Part shown: one piece after another, positions 28,501 through 37,600 of the stretch
How positions within the stretch are numbered: position 1 is the stretch's first letter
How the letters are laid out: every line of letters begins with the position of its first letter
Virus record (IMG/VR): IMGVR_UViG_3300025066_000035
Coordinates: 1 to 54,482 of that record
Length of the DNA stretch: 54,482 nucleotides
Direction: 5' to 3' (one strand)
From: a virus
Taxonomy: Duplodnaviria; Caudoviricetes
Program-made: the position numbers and the translations under genes
Notes under the pieces: generated by a model
Seen by the model: only the letters and a program-made list of their open reading frames with translations
Databases searched by the model: none
Told to the model about the DNA's origin: nothing

Positions 28501-31500
28501 GAATTCCCATCGTCCAAAATGCATAAGCTCAGGCTCAAGCATCATGGCACCTAGCAGGTGGTGGGTCGTAGGATAGGTGGGCGCGTCTTCTGTGTGAGAC
28601 GCGCCCTTGATGGCTTGCATCAACTCGGTGCCAAAGGATTGAACCATGATCTCAGCACGGTCACCGCTAGCATTCCATTGGATGTCAGCAATCCTGCCGT
28701 TGATGAGAACCTGTAGCTCGTCAGGGTCGTTGCTGTAGCCAACTCGCAACTGCACATTCAAGCCAGGACGCAAAACTACAGCGCCGAACGGCTGGTCTAG
28801 CACAGTTCCCTGAGTTGTTGTGTCGCCTCCGGTCTTGCTTTCTTCTCCAGGAATCTTTGTCTTGGCAAACTCAGCGGAGTAGTAGTCCAAGTCAACGACG
28901 GCATCCCTTTTGGTGCCGTCGAGTGAGCCCCCAACATTGAGCAACGTAATCACAGCGTGATCAGCTGGGCTCTTCCTGCTCTGAACTACGTTGAAGCTAG
29001 TAACGCCGTTGTAGCTGAAGAAGTCATCGAAGTTCAACAGGCGGCTCTCAAACTCGTCTTCTTCTACGAAGAAGAGTTTGAAGGTAGGGTAGGCCCTGCG
29101 CATAGTTCTCTTCTGACTAGTGATGTCTCTTGCACTAGCCTTGGCAAGCTGCTTAATGCTTGCAACATTAAACCTGTGAGACGGATCAACATCGCGTTCA
29201 ATCACGCTTCCTGTCGTAGCCTCTAGAAGGTCGTCGGGGAAATCCTGCAGCTCTGTGTAGCCAGCTCGGGAGCCGAACATCTGCTTGACGCTTGACGCAG
29301 TGGTCGCCAGCTCGTCGTACTTTTCAGTAGGCATTCGACGGGGGTATTGAACTCCACCGCCAACGCCATTGTAGTTCTCGGTGAGACTCATCCTAAAGTC
29401 TAGAATCTGGGTGTTGCCCAGTTCGTCTACCTGGGCGTGAGTGAGCGTAGGCCCCGGGGTTACAGCCTCGGCGATTTCATCAACCGCAGCTCCAGCTGGA
29501 CCGACGGCCGCCTGTGCTACTTCGGTTGCAATACTGCTGTTGGCTTCGTCCTCCGCCTTGTCAGCTTCGTCATGCATCTTGCCAAAGAATGAGGTAATGC
29601 TGTCGCTACTATCAGGATGCGGTGCATATGGATATGCTGTCGGGCCACGATCGTTCTGGCCTCCACCGTCAGTACCTTCGGCCTGGTATTGCTGTCGAAG
29701 TACAATCTTGTCAGATAGTCCCGGCTCTAGTACAAACTCATCCTTGTCGGCTTCGTAAGTTTCTCCCTGCTCCAGGTGCTTCATCGAAAGGTAGCAGTTG
29801 TCGACAATGGAATTCATTGCTTCATACATGGCTTCCAGCGTGGCGGAAGCGTGTGCGTCACCGTCCTCGTAGATGTTCCACATGTAGAAGTCTGGAGATG
29901 TAGAGGCCATACTGCCATAGTAGGGGTGGTGCGGCAAGTCTAGGTCTGGATAGGCAGGGGCGCCTTGAATGCGTGCTTGCCTGTTGATACTTGCTAGCCC
30001 CTCAAGGCCGAAGGCCCTGAGTAGCTTAGGGTCCCTTCGAAGATCCTGTGCGTAGCTGGCAAAGACGCCCTTGAAGTACTGAAGCTTGCTGCTCTCTCCA
30101 TCAGCATTGACTCGCCAAATGAAGGGAGAGTCAAAGCTATAAATGCCTTCTGCAGTGTTGGTTAGCCAGTGCCCGAGAGTGCCAACAGCCGGCTTCCAGG
30201 CAGGTACCTCGATTCTACCCTTCTCATCTACCTCTGGGTTTAGGTGCCCGCCTTCAAGAATATAGGAGTCATCAGTTGTGCGATTGCGTGGTGGAGGGTT
30301 TACGATGAACCAGGGGGTTGCGGCTGGGCTGGAACTGGGAATCCAATAGCCGCAAGAAGCGGTAACAGTCTTCAGCTGGTCCACCAGGTTTCCGAACACA
30401 GGGCTGCCATCGAACCCTAGCAGGGTGGAAGTCAGGTCACCAAACATGCTTTCGGTAACGTAGCTCTTGAATCGCTCTTGTGCGGCGAGCGCCTTGAGGG
30501 GAAGAAAGAACAGATAGCTCTTGGCTACTTGCTCGAACGTTAGATCGTATTGGGCTTCAACGAAGTTAGCAAAGTGCCCCGCGATCTGATCTGGATCTTC
30601 GCCCAGCACCTGCCTCATACCGACATGCTCACCAAACCCAAGCAGGGCTGTGGCTGTGGTCCAGGCGACATCCCATGTCTTCAGTAGCCCGTAGCCAATT
30701 CCTTCTGCAGCGACCAGGCCCTTGTGTTCATTAGTAAGAAAGATTCTAGCCTTTTCGTCTCCGTCAAGACCATCAGACCAGTAGAGCCAGTTGATGTTAT
30801 TCTGCATTTGCCAAGTCGCCTGACCTGGCTCCATATCTCCCCAGTTCAGTTGCCAGTCAATCTTTGCAGCTTCAGCAGCTACTGACAGCCAGTGCTGAAA
30901 GTACTTGAATAGTGAAGGCTTTACAGGCAAACAGTAAAGCTCCTGGCGAGCAGTCTCTTCGGAAACTCCTCCAGGCTCAACACGCCCTCCGCTCTGCACT
31001 TGCAACTGGTCTTCAGCGAGCATCATCTCTGCAGACACAATCGTCTCATGAATCAGAGCCCAGTAGTCCAAGATCTTAGGGAGAGGGATCTCTGCCGCCA
31101 GTTGGTTTGACTGGGTTTGGTTTAGTAGCTCACTCACGTCGTAGTGATAATTGGTGATAGCCCTTGTTGCCTGTCGGGCTCCAAGTCCCAACGGGCCAAT
31201 GAGTCCTCCACGCGTCGCTTCCCATTCTTTAGTCCTGGTGTTCTCGATCTTCACTGGCTGAGTCAGAAGTGCCGCGGGGATACCAATGATACTGGTTCCT
31301 GGCATAGTCACAACGTTTTGCTGAAGCGAACTAAGCAAACTTACTAGCTCGGGGTCAGGGTCACCGAACACAACAAACTCTTCGTCGCCTGCGCTATAGA
31401 GCGCAGCGCCGTCAACGCTGTCTAGTTGGTCTGCTCCCAGAAGATACTGAAGCTCGTACTTACCGTAATCGCTTCCACCTGGGACTGAGGTCTGCGCTCC

Positions 31501-34500
31501 AGCAAGTTGTGCGATTAGAATCTGAGTGAGCACATCTTTGTACTCGTCAGCGAAGTCCCAGTTGTACAGCTTCGTGAGAATCTGGCAGAAGGCATCTTCC
31601 AGATCCCCAGCCACAGGTGCTGTGGAACTGATGAACTCCCCTGTATACGGATTGGTCTCCTGGAACTCCAGCGAGTGGCAAGCCAAGCCAGGTTGGCCCT
31701 TAATGGTCTGAGAGGTTCCACGAGTATTGATTAGCCGACGAAGCAACATTGTGTCGTCAACAACCTTCTTAGGCCCCTCTAGCGGGTGATCTACAACGCC
31801 TTCGCCCTCCTTCCACAGGACGTCATTCTCTCGGTAGCTTCCTAGCAGACGAGTAATGAAAGAATCACCAGCAACAGCCCAGCTGTCAACAACTGGTCTG
31901 AAGTTGCGAGCGTTGGAGTGCAGCATGCCGCGCATTGCCATAAGCAGTTGCGCTTCCTTGGGAAGTCCTGCGAGATACTCCGCTCCAGTACCTTGATTGT
32001 CTAGAGAGCAGAATTCAAAGCTGTAGAAGGGCTCAATTGAGCCGAGGTGCTGTTGAGTTGGGAACTCGTGACCGAGAATCGGAATGTTGGCGACGACATG
32101 GCGCAGCCCGCCAGCAACTGCACTGAGCACCACGGGGCTATTGCGAAGCATGCCTTGGTTCAGCTCACCGTTCAGACGGTCAGCGTTGAGATGAAATTGC
32201 TTCCACCAGATATTGGTAACTGATGCTTCTCTATCGTAGTACATCCAGCCGTCATCCCACAGGGTCGTGAGAGTCTCCATTAGGCCGCTGGCGACTTCTT
32301 CGCCAAGCTCGGCTGTCAGAGCACGACTCACATCTTCGTCGTCTGCTCGCAGCAGGGTGGGATCGATTTCAATCTTTGGTGAGCCTGAGACAGCTAGTTT
32401 GTAGCTGCTGATTGGATCGACAGGAACTAAGCCCGAGTGAGAGTTATCGTAGATCCTCGGGATCTCATCTTCTGGATACTCGGGGTCTCGGTTGCCAGCC
32501 ATGTCCAACGGCTCCCAGTATTCGAAGTGCAAGTGAGCCCCGCGCAACCAAATGCTAGTTGGCTCCTCCTCTCCTGCGGCAAGATACTGCTGGTCTACTG
32601 GGATGATCTGAGTCTCTGTCCTGACTTCACCGTCCTTGAGGACGTCCATTGCTTGCTTCAGGAAGTCTTCCTTGAAGGGGCCAGTCTTGCCAGTGTAGCC
32701 AATAAGCTGTCCTGCATCGACTTGGTCTCCGTGGTCTACGAGCACTTCTGACAAGTGGACATAGCTACTCCACTCACCCTTGCCATGGTCAATGGTGATA
32801 CCCTGACCGCCTGACTTGGGCATCACCACGTAGTAAGCTCCTTGAATGCCTACGCTGGGCACAGCCATGCCTACGGGCCAGTGCTCTGCATCAAGCCCGA
32901 CAACACGACCACCAGCTTTGAACTGAACTCCAGGAACATGAGTCCTAAGAGACAGCTCAAAGTCGTTCATGTCGACCATGGCTTTTTCTTCAGGCGAAGT
33001 GCTAGATACCGTAGCTCCTGCCCAAACATCACCATCAAGCTGCAAGAGCTTAAACACGCCATCACGAGAACTGTTGTGAGCGTTAGCACGAGTCACTTTA
33101 CCAGCACTAACAGCGAACACAGGGTAGCCGACGCCAACAGGGAAGTCGGTACCATAGTGGGGCTTGTGATTGTGAGGGCTGCTGTAGAGCTTCTTGGCTA
33201 CAAGGGGGCCTCGGTACGAGACGTGTCCTGTTTGACCTTCGGCTACTCGGGGGAGAGGTAGCTTGTCTACATCGTAGGGTACGGCACTGTCCTTTGGTCC
33301 GATTGGGGCATACCTGCCGTCTGGATAGGTCCAGCCCCGGCGCACGAGCGACCGACCGAACACGCGCTTACCACGCAGCTCAACCATGTCATGGAAGTCG
33401 TAGTGCTCCATCCAAGCTTCTGCAAACTGGCTGCTGATACCGAGGTCATTCCTAGCGTTCTCGATAGAGTCAGCGTGAGCGCTTTGAATAGCTTCGGCGT
33501 ACTCTACTGGCATTCGCAGCTCGTTGTAAGCTGCGAAACTAAAGATCACGCCACCGTGATAGGAGTTCATCTCCTGGACCCACTTAGCTGCTGCTGCACG
33601 ATAAGTACGATAGAGACCAGAGTCTCTTGGGGGCCCTTGATGCAATCCGTAGGTGCGTCGTACCTGGCCCTCAAGGATAGCGCTGAACATCGAGGAGGAT
33701 AGTGGAGTAGGCTTGCCGCCTGGAGTCCTCAAGTCCTGCTCAACATCGATGCCAAAGTTACGCTTCAGCGCATCACGCTGAAGGTAGTTGATGTATCTGG
33801 TGTAGATTAGAGATTGGTCAGGTCGGGGGACAGTTAGGGCTGGCTGCATCCTGCCAGGCATAGGCTGGAGGTCAAAGATTTCTCCTCGATGTAGCTCCTG
33901 CATCTCCTCGATAGTTAGAGTCTTTCGGTCGTTATACTTGTTCTGAACGACATCCCAGGTTCGAACTCCGTTATCAACAGCATTAGAAAGTCCCGGCAAG
34001 ATAGTGTGCCGCGGAACCTTGCGGTCGCCATCCCAGTCCCAGCCAATAGTCAGCTCCATTGGCTCTACTTCCTCAAAGGGACCTTCAGCGCGGACTGGCA
34101 CAGTATGCCAGTCCCGACGATACAACCAGTTGTGAACGTATGGAGCGTAGTTGAACCAGGTGAGATCCAGCTGCATGATCCAGGTGTCTGAGCTGCCCTG
34201 CATGGGTGCAACAGACAAGCCCGTCATGGTGAAAGCCATGTTCTGAGTAATAGGCCAGTGCGGCGAGATAGTTTCGCGGAGGAACCTGTTCTCGATGTAA
34301 CAGAATGGGCTGTGTCTAAACTCGACAATGAGTCGATGCATATCCAAGACCTGGCCGCCGGTAAATGCAATCACAACACTAACAGCAATCTGGCCTTGGC
34401 CAGAGGGGATCTTAGTACTGGCGTTGCTTCTCAGCGTTCTCCACTGATGGATCAGATCTTCTTTTTGGATGGTGATGTCTGTGGGAGGAACTACCAGGTC

Positions 34501-34611
34501 GATGTCGTTAATGCGGAAAGTGTGCTGGCGCTTCGTTGAGCGGGGGACCTCAATTAGGTCACCTGCCTCAACTTTGATTCTGTCTTCTAGACTGCGTGAA
34601 CTGTCAAACAT
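25555..34611 (-). CDS. Giant baseplate hub protein (gp27/gpD-like) with M23 peptidase domain
   Basis: 3018 aa. M23 zinc motifs HYGTD (33145-33159), YVHL and HLHFE (32521-32535). Hub-like segments LRPGLNVQLRVGYS...LINGRIADI and GELISLGNARIRPWD...VEQVVHSFS..GFITEI. Confidence 0.8.
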   Translation of the reverse strand: MFDSSRSLEDRIKVEAGDLIEVPRSTKRQHTFRINDIDLVVPPTDITIQKEDLIHQWRTLRSNASTKIPSGQGQIAVSVVIAFTGGQVLDMHRLIVEFRHSPFCYIENRFLRETISPHWPITQNMAFTMTGLSVAPMQGSSDTWIMQLDLTWFNYAPYVHNWLYRRDWHTVPVRAEGPFEEVEPMELTIGWDWDGDRKVPRHTILPGLSNAVDNGVRTWDVVQNKYNDRKTLTIEEMQELHRGEIFDLQPMPGRMQPALTVPRPDQSLIYTRYINYLQRDALKRNFGIDVEQDLRTPGGKPTPLSSSMFSAILEGQVRRTYGLHQGPPRDSGLYRTYRAAAAKWVQEMNSYHGGVIFSFAAYNELRMPVEYAEAIQSAHADSIENARNDLGISSQFAEAWMEHYDFHDMVELRGKRVFGRSLVRRGWTYPDGRYAPIGPKDSAVPYDVDKLPLPRVAEGQTGHVSYRGPLVAKKLYSSPHNHKPHYGTDFPVGVGYPVFAVSAGKVTRANAHNSSRDGVFKLLQLDGDVWAGATVSSTSPEEKAMVDMNDFELSLRTHVPGVQFKAGGRVVGLDAEHWPVGMAVPSVGIQGAYYVVMPKSGGQGITIDHGKGEWSSYVHLSEVLVDHGDQVDAGQLIGYTGKTGPFKEDFLKQAMDVLKDGEVRTETQIIPVDQQYLAAGEEEPTSIWLRGAHLHFEYWEPLDMAGNRDPEYPEDEIPRIYDNSHSGLVPVDPISSYKLAVSGSPKIEIDPTLLRADDEDVSRALTAELGEEVASGLMETLTTLWDDGWMYYDREASVTNIWWKQFHLNADRLNGELNQGMLRNSPVVLSAVAGGLRHVVANIPILGHEFPTQQHLGSIEPFYSFEFCSLDNQGTGAEYLAGLPKEAQLLMAMRGMLHSNARNFRPVVDSWAVAGDSFITRLLGSYRENDVLWKEGEGVVDHPLEGPKKVVDDTMLLRRLINTRGTSQTIKGQPGLACHSLEFQETNPYTGEFISSTAPVAGDLEDAFCQILTKLYNWDFADEYKDVLTQILIAQLAGAQTSVPGGSDYGKYELQYLLGADQLDSVDGAALYSAGDEEFVVFGDPDPELVSLLSSLQQNVVTMPGTSIIGIPAALLTQPVKIENTRTKEWEATRGGLIGPLGLGARQATRAITNYHYDVSELLNQTQSNQLAAEIPLPKILDYWALIHETIVSAEMMLAEDQLQVQSGGRVEPGGVSEETARQELYCLPVKPSLFKYFQHWLSVAAEAAKIDWQLNWGDMEPGQATWQMQNNINWLYWSDGLDGDEKARIFLTNEHKGLVAAEGIGYGLLKTWDVAWTTATALLGFGEHVGMRQVLGEDPDQIAGHFANFVEAQYDLTFEQVAKSYLFFLPLKALAAQERFKSYVTESMFGDLTSTLLGFDGSPVFGNLVDQLKTVTASCGYWIPSSSPAATPWFIVNPPPRNRTTDDSYILEGGHLNPEVDEKGRIEVPAWKPAVGTLGHWLTNTAEGIYSFDSPFIWRVNADGESSKLQYFKGVFASYAQDLRRDPKLLRAFGLEGLASINRQARIQGAPAYPDLDLPHHPYYGSMASTSPDFYMWNIYEDGDAHASATLEAMYEAMNSIVDNCYLSMKHLEQGETYEADKDEFVLEPGLSDKIVLRQQYQAEGTDGGGQNDRGPTAYPYAPHPDSSDSITSFFGKMHDEADKAEDEANSSIATEVAQAAVGPAGAAVDEIAEAVTPGPTLTHAQVDELGNTQILDFRMSLTENYNGVGGGVQYPRRMPTEKYDELATTASSVKQMFGSRAGYTELQDFPDDLLEATTGSVIERDVDPSHRFNVASIKQLAKASARDITSQKRTMRRAYPTFKLFFVEEDEFESRLLNFDDFFSYNGVTSFNVVQSRKSPADHAVITLLNVGGSLDGTKRDAVVDLDYYSAEFAKTKIPGEESKTGGDTTTQGTVLDQPFGAVVLRPGLNVQLRVGYSNDPDELQVLINGRIADIQWNASGDRAEIMVQSFGTELMQAIKGASHTEDAPTYPTTHHLLGAMMLEPELMHFGRWEFGQLYQLGEGSDARLDFNDYSRDAFLGRFKVANASLKWMLDHPVITAAVIIAGGAVISRAPGAGKLFRSLGNTLGRAKWADDVLAALGLTGSGIGQGAWLRQLVRTAERRAPGVVFNAGEGVIATGDISAVMAKNAGQRNVIYKFLQRLGAKKQVGDLYVHQARAIYATAARSAKGKAPGKAAEIMAKADTEVLNLGFKGMWMTNPSATVGLTTDFVMGIGMQPVKNVFRGFITTVPIGIAGVSGAALGVDLFIAFTEPWIQPKIDRVKAYFRSKEVSLFLSPQDDNLYPPHPKDYMETFDNGFKEQLKQLGLWTVRTGVSAFTYSDEMGYSAARWAGGYDALDKRVDPNLCEFAVTGQTIWDIFHEMSLRHPGWIYGTRPYGNKFRYTMFFGVPSQRYWARPADNTFISRANDLHRLLSSDGDDPDITIDEFRMLYGDEYGGGYTVEEINDSLILSARNAAVEEGYRVSSENGADFFIREVAAGQGTVLTSDNVADSTGGYQSGALLGADPVVLASDVPVEDSRFYKAAVNTLLSTHAILEYMSALNLRFEPFRRYHSLSSDHDLVWNGLISSENAVYNAVDVTYFGDDYADGPAGSELFKAHAFIPDHKLRVLPLEPSYNVRGYGMAMRYGVGALLHTMRDMYRGELISLGNARIRPWDICILSDSYNDMVGPVEVEQVVHSFSHETGFITEIKPGAVVLANEISSWPVLEAMKMMSLATKDVEDSYQGLRLSEAGSIAHAVDWLLGKGAGGSTEYAEHLQERVDAISPFDAFALEDGTSDAADIDALGGEVKKALGLRGKFNDASRWLVAGASLAAAGVAFKAAPFVLKAVPQLGAEVSAFTRVAGASATGLAVFGSGAALMGMAGTATPSLQWLLGGPVLFLSCLRGDSIMMIPLMKNGHPIVSGLNLSDPSMIWNNFKGDLGRWADDHISGTRDLTDIWRLYGTHSWRRLNAGGLDPRGNFADESKIAYAQLTGEEG

Positions 34612-37600
34612 CAGTATTCTCCAAGGAGACGATCAACATAATTCTGGGTAATGGGGCGTCGGCTGTCATTGATGCGAATAGAACCAGCAGCGTTTCCACC
34701 GGTGAATTGACCGATCATGTTGCTTGCTTCCGCTAGCCCAGCATAGTGCTGAACGTTACCCCTAATGGAGTAGGCACCAGGCCTCTGCATGTAGGTGGTC
34801 CCTCTGTTGATTGGCGAATTCATCATAGCATAGCCCTGTTCTTGCTGCATGCTTTCTGGCGTCACCTGTGGATCATTGCCCTGGAACAGGTTTCCGCGAG
34901 CGATAGCATCAGCAACTGCTGGGTCAGTTGCTTCGCCAGGAACGCTGATTGGTGTAGCTGCGTACCCAGGGGAACCCATTGCTCCCAACGCCAGCATGCT
35001 AAGGCCAGCGCCCACAGCTAGTGGAAGCGTCATGCGTCGATCGATCTTGGACAGCGCTGACTTCATAGTCTCAAACGCGTTTGAAATTCTTGCAGGCTGG
35101 GCGCTGCCTGCAGCTTCACGCAGGGCAGCGTACTCCATGCTATTCCCAGCAAGCGAGTGCACAAAGTAAGCTTGGGGGTTGTCTAGAGCAGAGCGAGTAT
35201 GCTGGCCGTGGGTAAAGTCAAGAGTGCCGCCGGCATCCTTGTACTTAACAGCTGCGTCAAACAAATCGTCTACGAAAGAATCTACATTCCAACTCAAGTT
35301 GCCTGTGGCAGTAGCTCTATCCAAGAAGCTCTTCATGTTCTTTGAAGCAGCGTCCTGACCCGTAGTGGTGATCCTGCCAATGTCGATGGCGCCAGACTGT
35401 CCTCGCACAACCTTCTCTTTTAGGAGCGCACGAAAGTTCTCACGAGTGATTTCCGTAGGGTTCTTGACGAGGTTCTCTACACCAGCGCCCACCTGACCGG
35501 CCACGTCAGCATGACGCTCAATGTGCTTTGCTTTCAGTAGCACATGCTCTTCTAGCGCGCCGAGGAAGGACCTGTTCATACGCTGCCTCATTAAGTTCTC
35601 CGGCAGTTCGCCGCCGCCAAACTCCATGAAGGCTTCATGAGCACCACGAAGACGAGTATCCATAGCGCCAGTCGACATAGCAATATTGACTTCCTTCTTG
35701 ATGTTCTCTCTTTGAATAGCCATGGCATACGAAGCAGGATCCTTGGCGCTAATCCCCAGGATATCAGTTCCGTACTTAGTCATACCTCCCTTGATCATGC
35801 CTCCAAATTGATCCATGGCAGTGCGGTAGCGCAGCTCCTGTCCCATCTGCTGAGGGGTCATGTTCTGTAGCAGCTTGCGAACTCTCTGTGAATCACCCTT
35901 GGACAGAGTTACAGAGATAGCGGTATCGCCGTCAGCATCCATGAACGCCTGTGGGGCTAGACCGATATCCATAAGTCCAGCGGCTGTTTGAGCGTTCGCT
36001 CGGAGAACGGTCAGGGTTCCACCACCCTGGCCACCAGTGAACTTCTCTAGATTCCGCACTAGCACATTAAAGAATCGACGTTGCTTTGCCTTGCCTAGTT
36101 GCGCCACTTCCTCGAAAGACTTTAGTGTGCGCAGATCGTTATCAAGCTGGTCTCCAGCAGCAGCCATAAACTGACCAAAGAATTCATCCTTGCCGCCAAG
36201 ACGACCAACTTCCTTTACGTGCCTAAACATCTGAGTGACGAATACGTTTCCAGAACTCATCACAGGATGGCGGCCGCTCATACGGATAAGTCCCGAGGCC
36301 CTTGTGAGAGCCTCGGCCCTAGGCCCTGTCCTTTCCATTCCAGTAAAGAACTTCCTGGCCTGATGCGCCTTGTGGGCGAAGCCCCCACCCTGATTGTACA
36401 GTTCGCTCAGGAACATGGTGGTATCGCCCATTACCGGTGTCGCCCTTGTGCCAGTAAACAGCTTACTCATAGCTTCGCGAGCAGGGTCGGTGTAACCCAG
36501 GGCGGTATTGAGGTTGATCGCAGACACTCTGGGGCTAGAGCTTCCAGCAAGCTTTCCGCTAGAGAGACCAGTAATGGTTCTGGACATCAGGTCGATACCC
36601 TCTCTTTGCCAAGCCTTCAAGGACTTGCGTAGCTCATCGCCGGAGCCAGGGGTTTTGTTACCCGATAGCCTGGAAAACAACCCGTCTACTAGCCGCCCGT
36701 ATTGTCCGGAGATGTCCAGGGTTCCGCCACCAGCTTGCTTGATCATTGTGCCTGGAGCCGCATCGAAAGCAGCCTTGCCGCTTAGAGGCAAGGTGTCGTG
36801 GCCAAAGGTCTGCTGTACAGCTCGTCTCATATGAGGCGGAGCGTCAGAGAAGTCTAGGACGACACCCTTCTCTTGTTGCTTGAGGTACTCGCTCAAAGTG
36901 CCACCCTGCAAGGCGTCTGGCATCTGCTTCCAGCTCAGTCGCTGGGCTCCTCTCTCGGTGAAGGCATCAATGATGTTTCTCTGGCCCGTCATGCCTCGAC
37001 CCATATCCATCATCTCCTTCGCCATGGCGAAGTGCCTACCGAAACCAACCTTATTCATGTACATGTTTGAGACAACGTTGCTAGCGCCTTCGGCGCTCAT
37101 TCCCATTCCACGCAGACGCTCGAAAGAGGTCTTTGCAAAACGAGACTCGGTACCAACGCGTGCTGTACCCCAGTCACCAATAGACTCTCCAAACTGGAAT
37201 GTATCAACAAAACCGACGAGGCCTCTTCTCATTGCGCTGATAGCGTTTTTCTTGTCGCCAGCGCTCATTGTACTGGTGTTGATCATCGCTTCCAGCTGGT
37301 TGGTAGATAGCTGACCAGAGCGCAGCCCGGTGGTCTTGTTAACTCCGCCAGCTCCATAATAGACGCCAGCGAGAGCCATTCCGATCGCTCCTCCGCTAAC
37401 TCCTCGACTACGCAACTGACCAAACATAGCCTCAGCTACAAGACCGTGATGCCCTGCGGCGAATCGTCCACCGCCGCTAATGCGATCAACTGCGGTTTTG
37501 AGCGCCTTGTTGCTAACTCCATGCTGCCTAGCGCTACTGTAGAGCTGATGGGTGAAGATACCGGTACCCTTCTTGAACATATCAGACGACGTGTGAACGG

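Noticed and set aside
32540-33085. Inteins as an explanation for the M23 insertions or the giant ORFs
   Set aside because: No Cys/Ser-start with His-Asn-end splice junctions and no LAGLIDADG motifs were seen.
35925-35939. DADGD as an EF-hand-like or other calcium-binding DxDxDG loop
   Set aside because: It is a single occurrence without the downstream EF-hand Glu pattern. It is accompanied by RxP, a double-Lys motif and KAKH in RNAP order, so the RNAP reading is preferred, though unproven.
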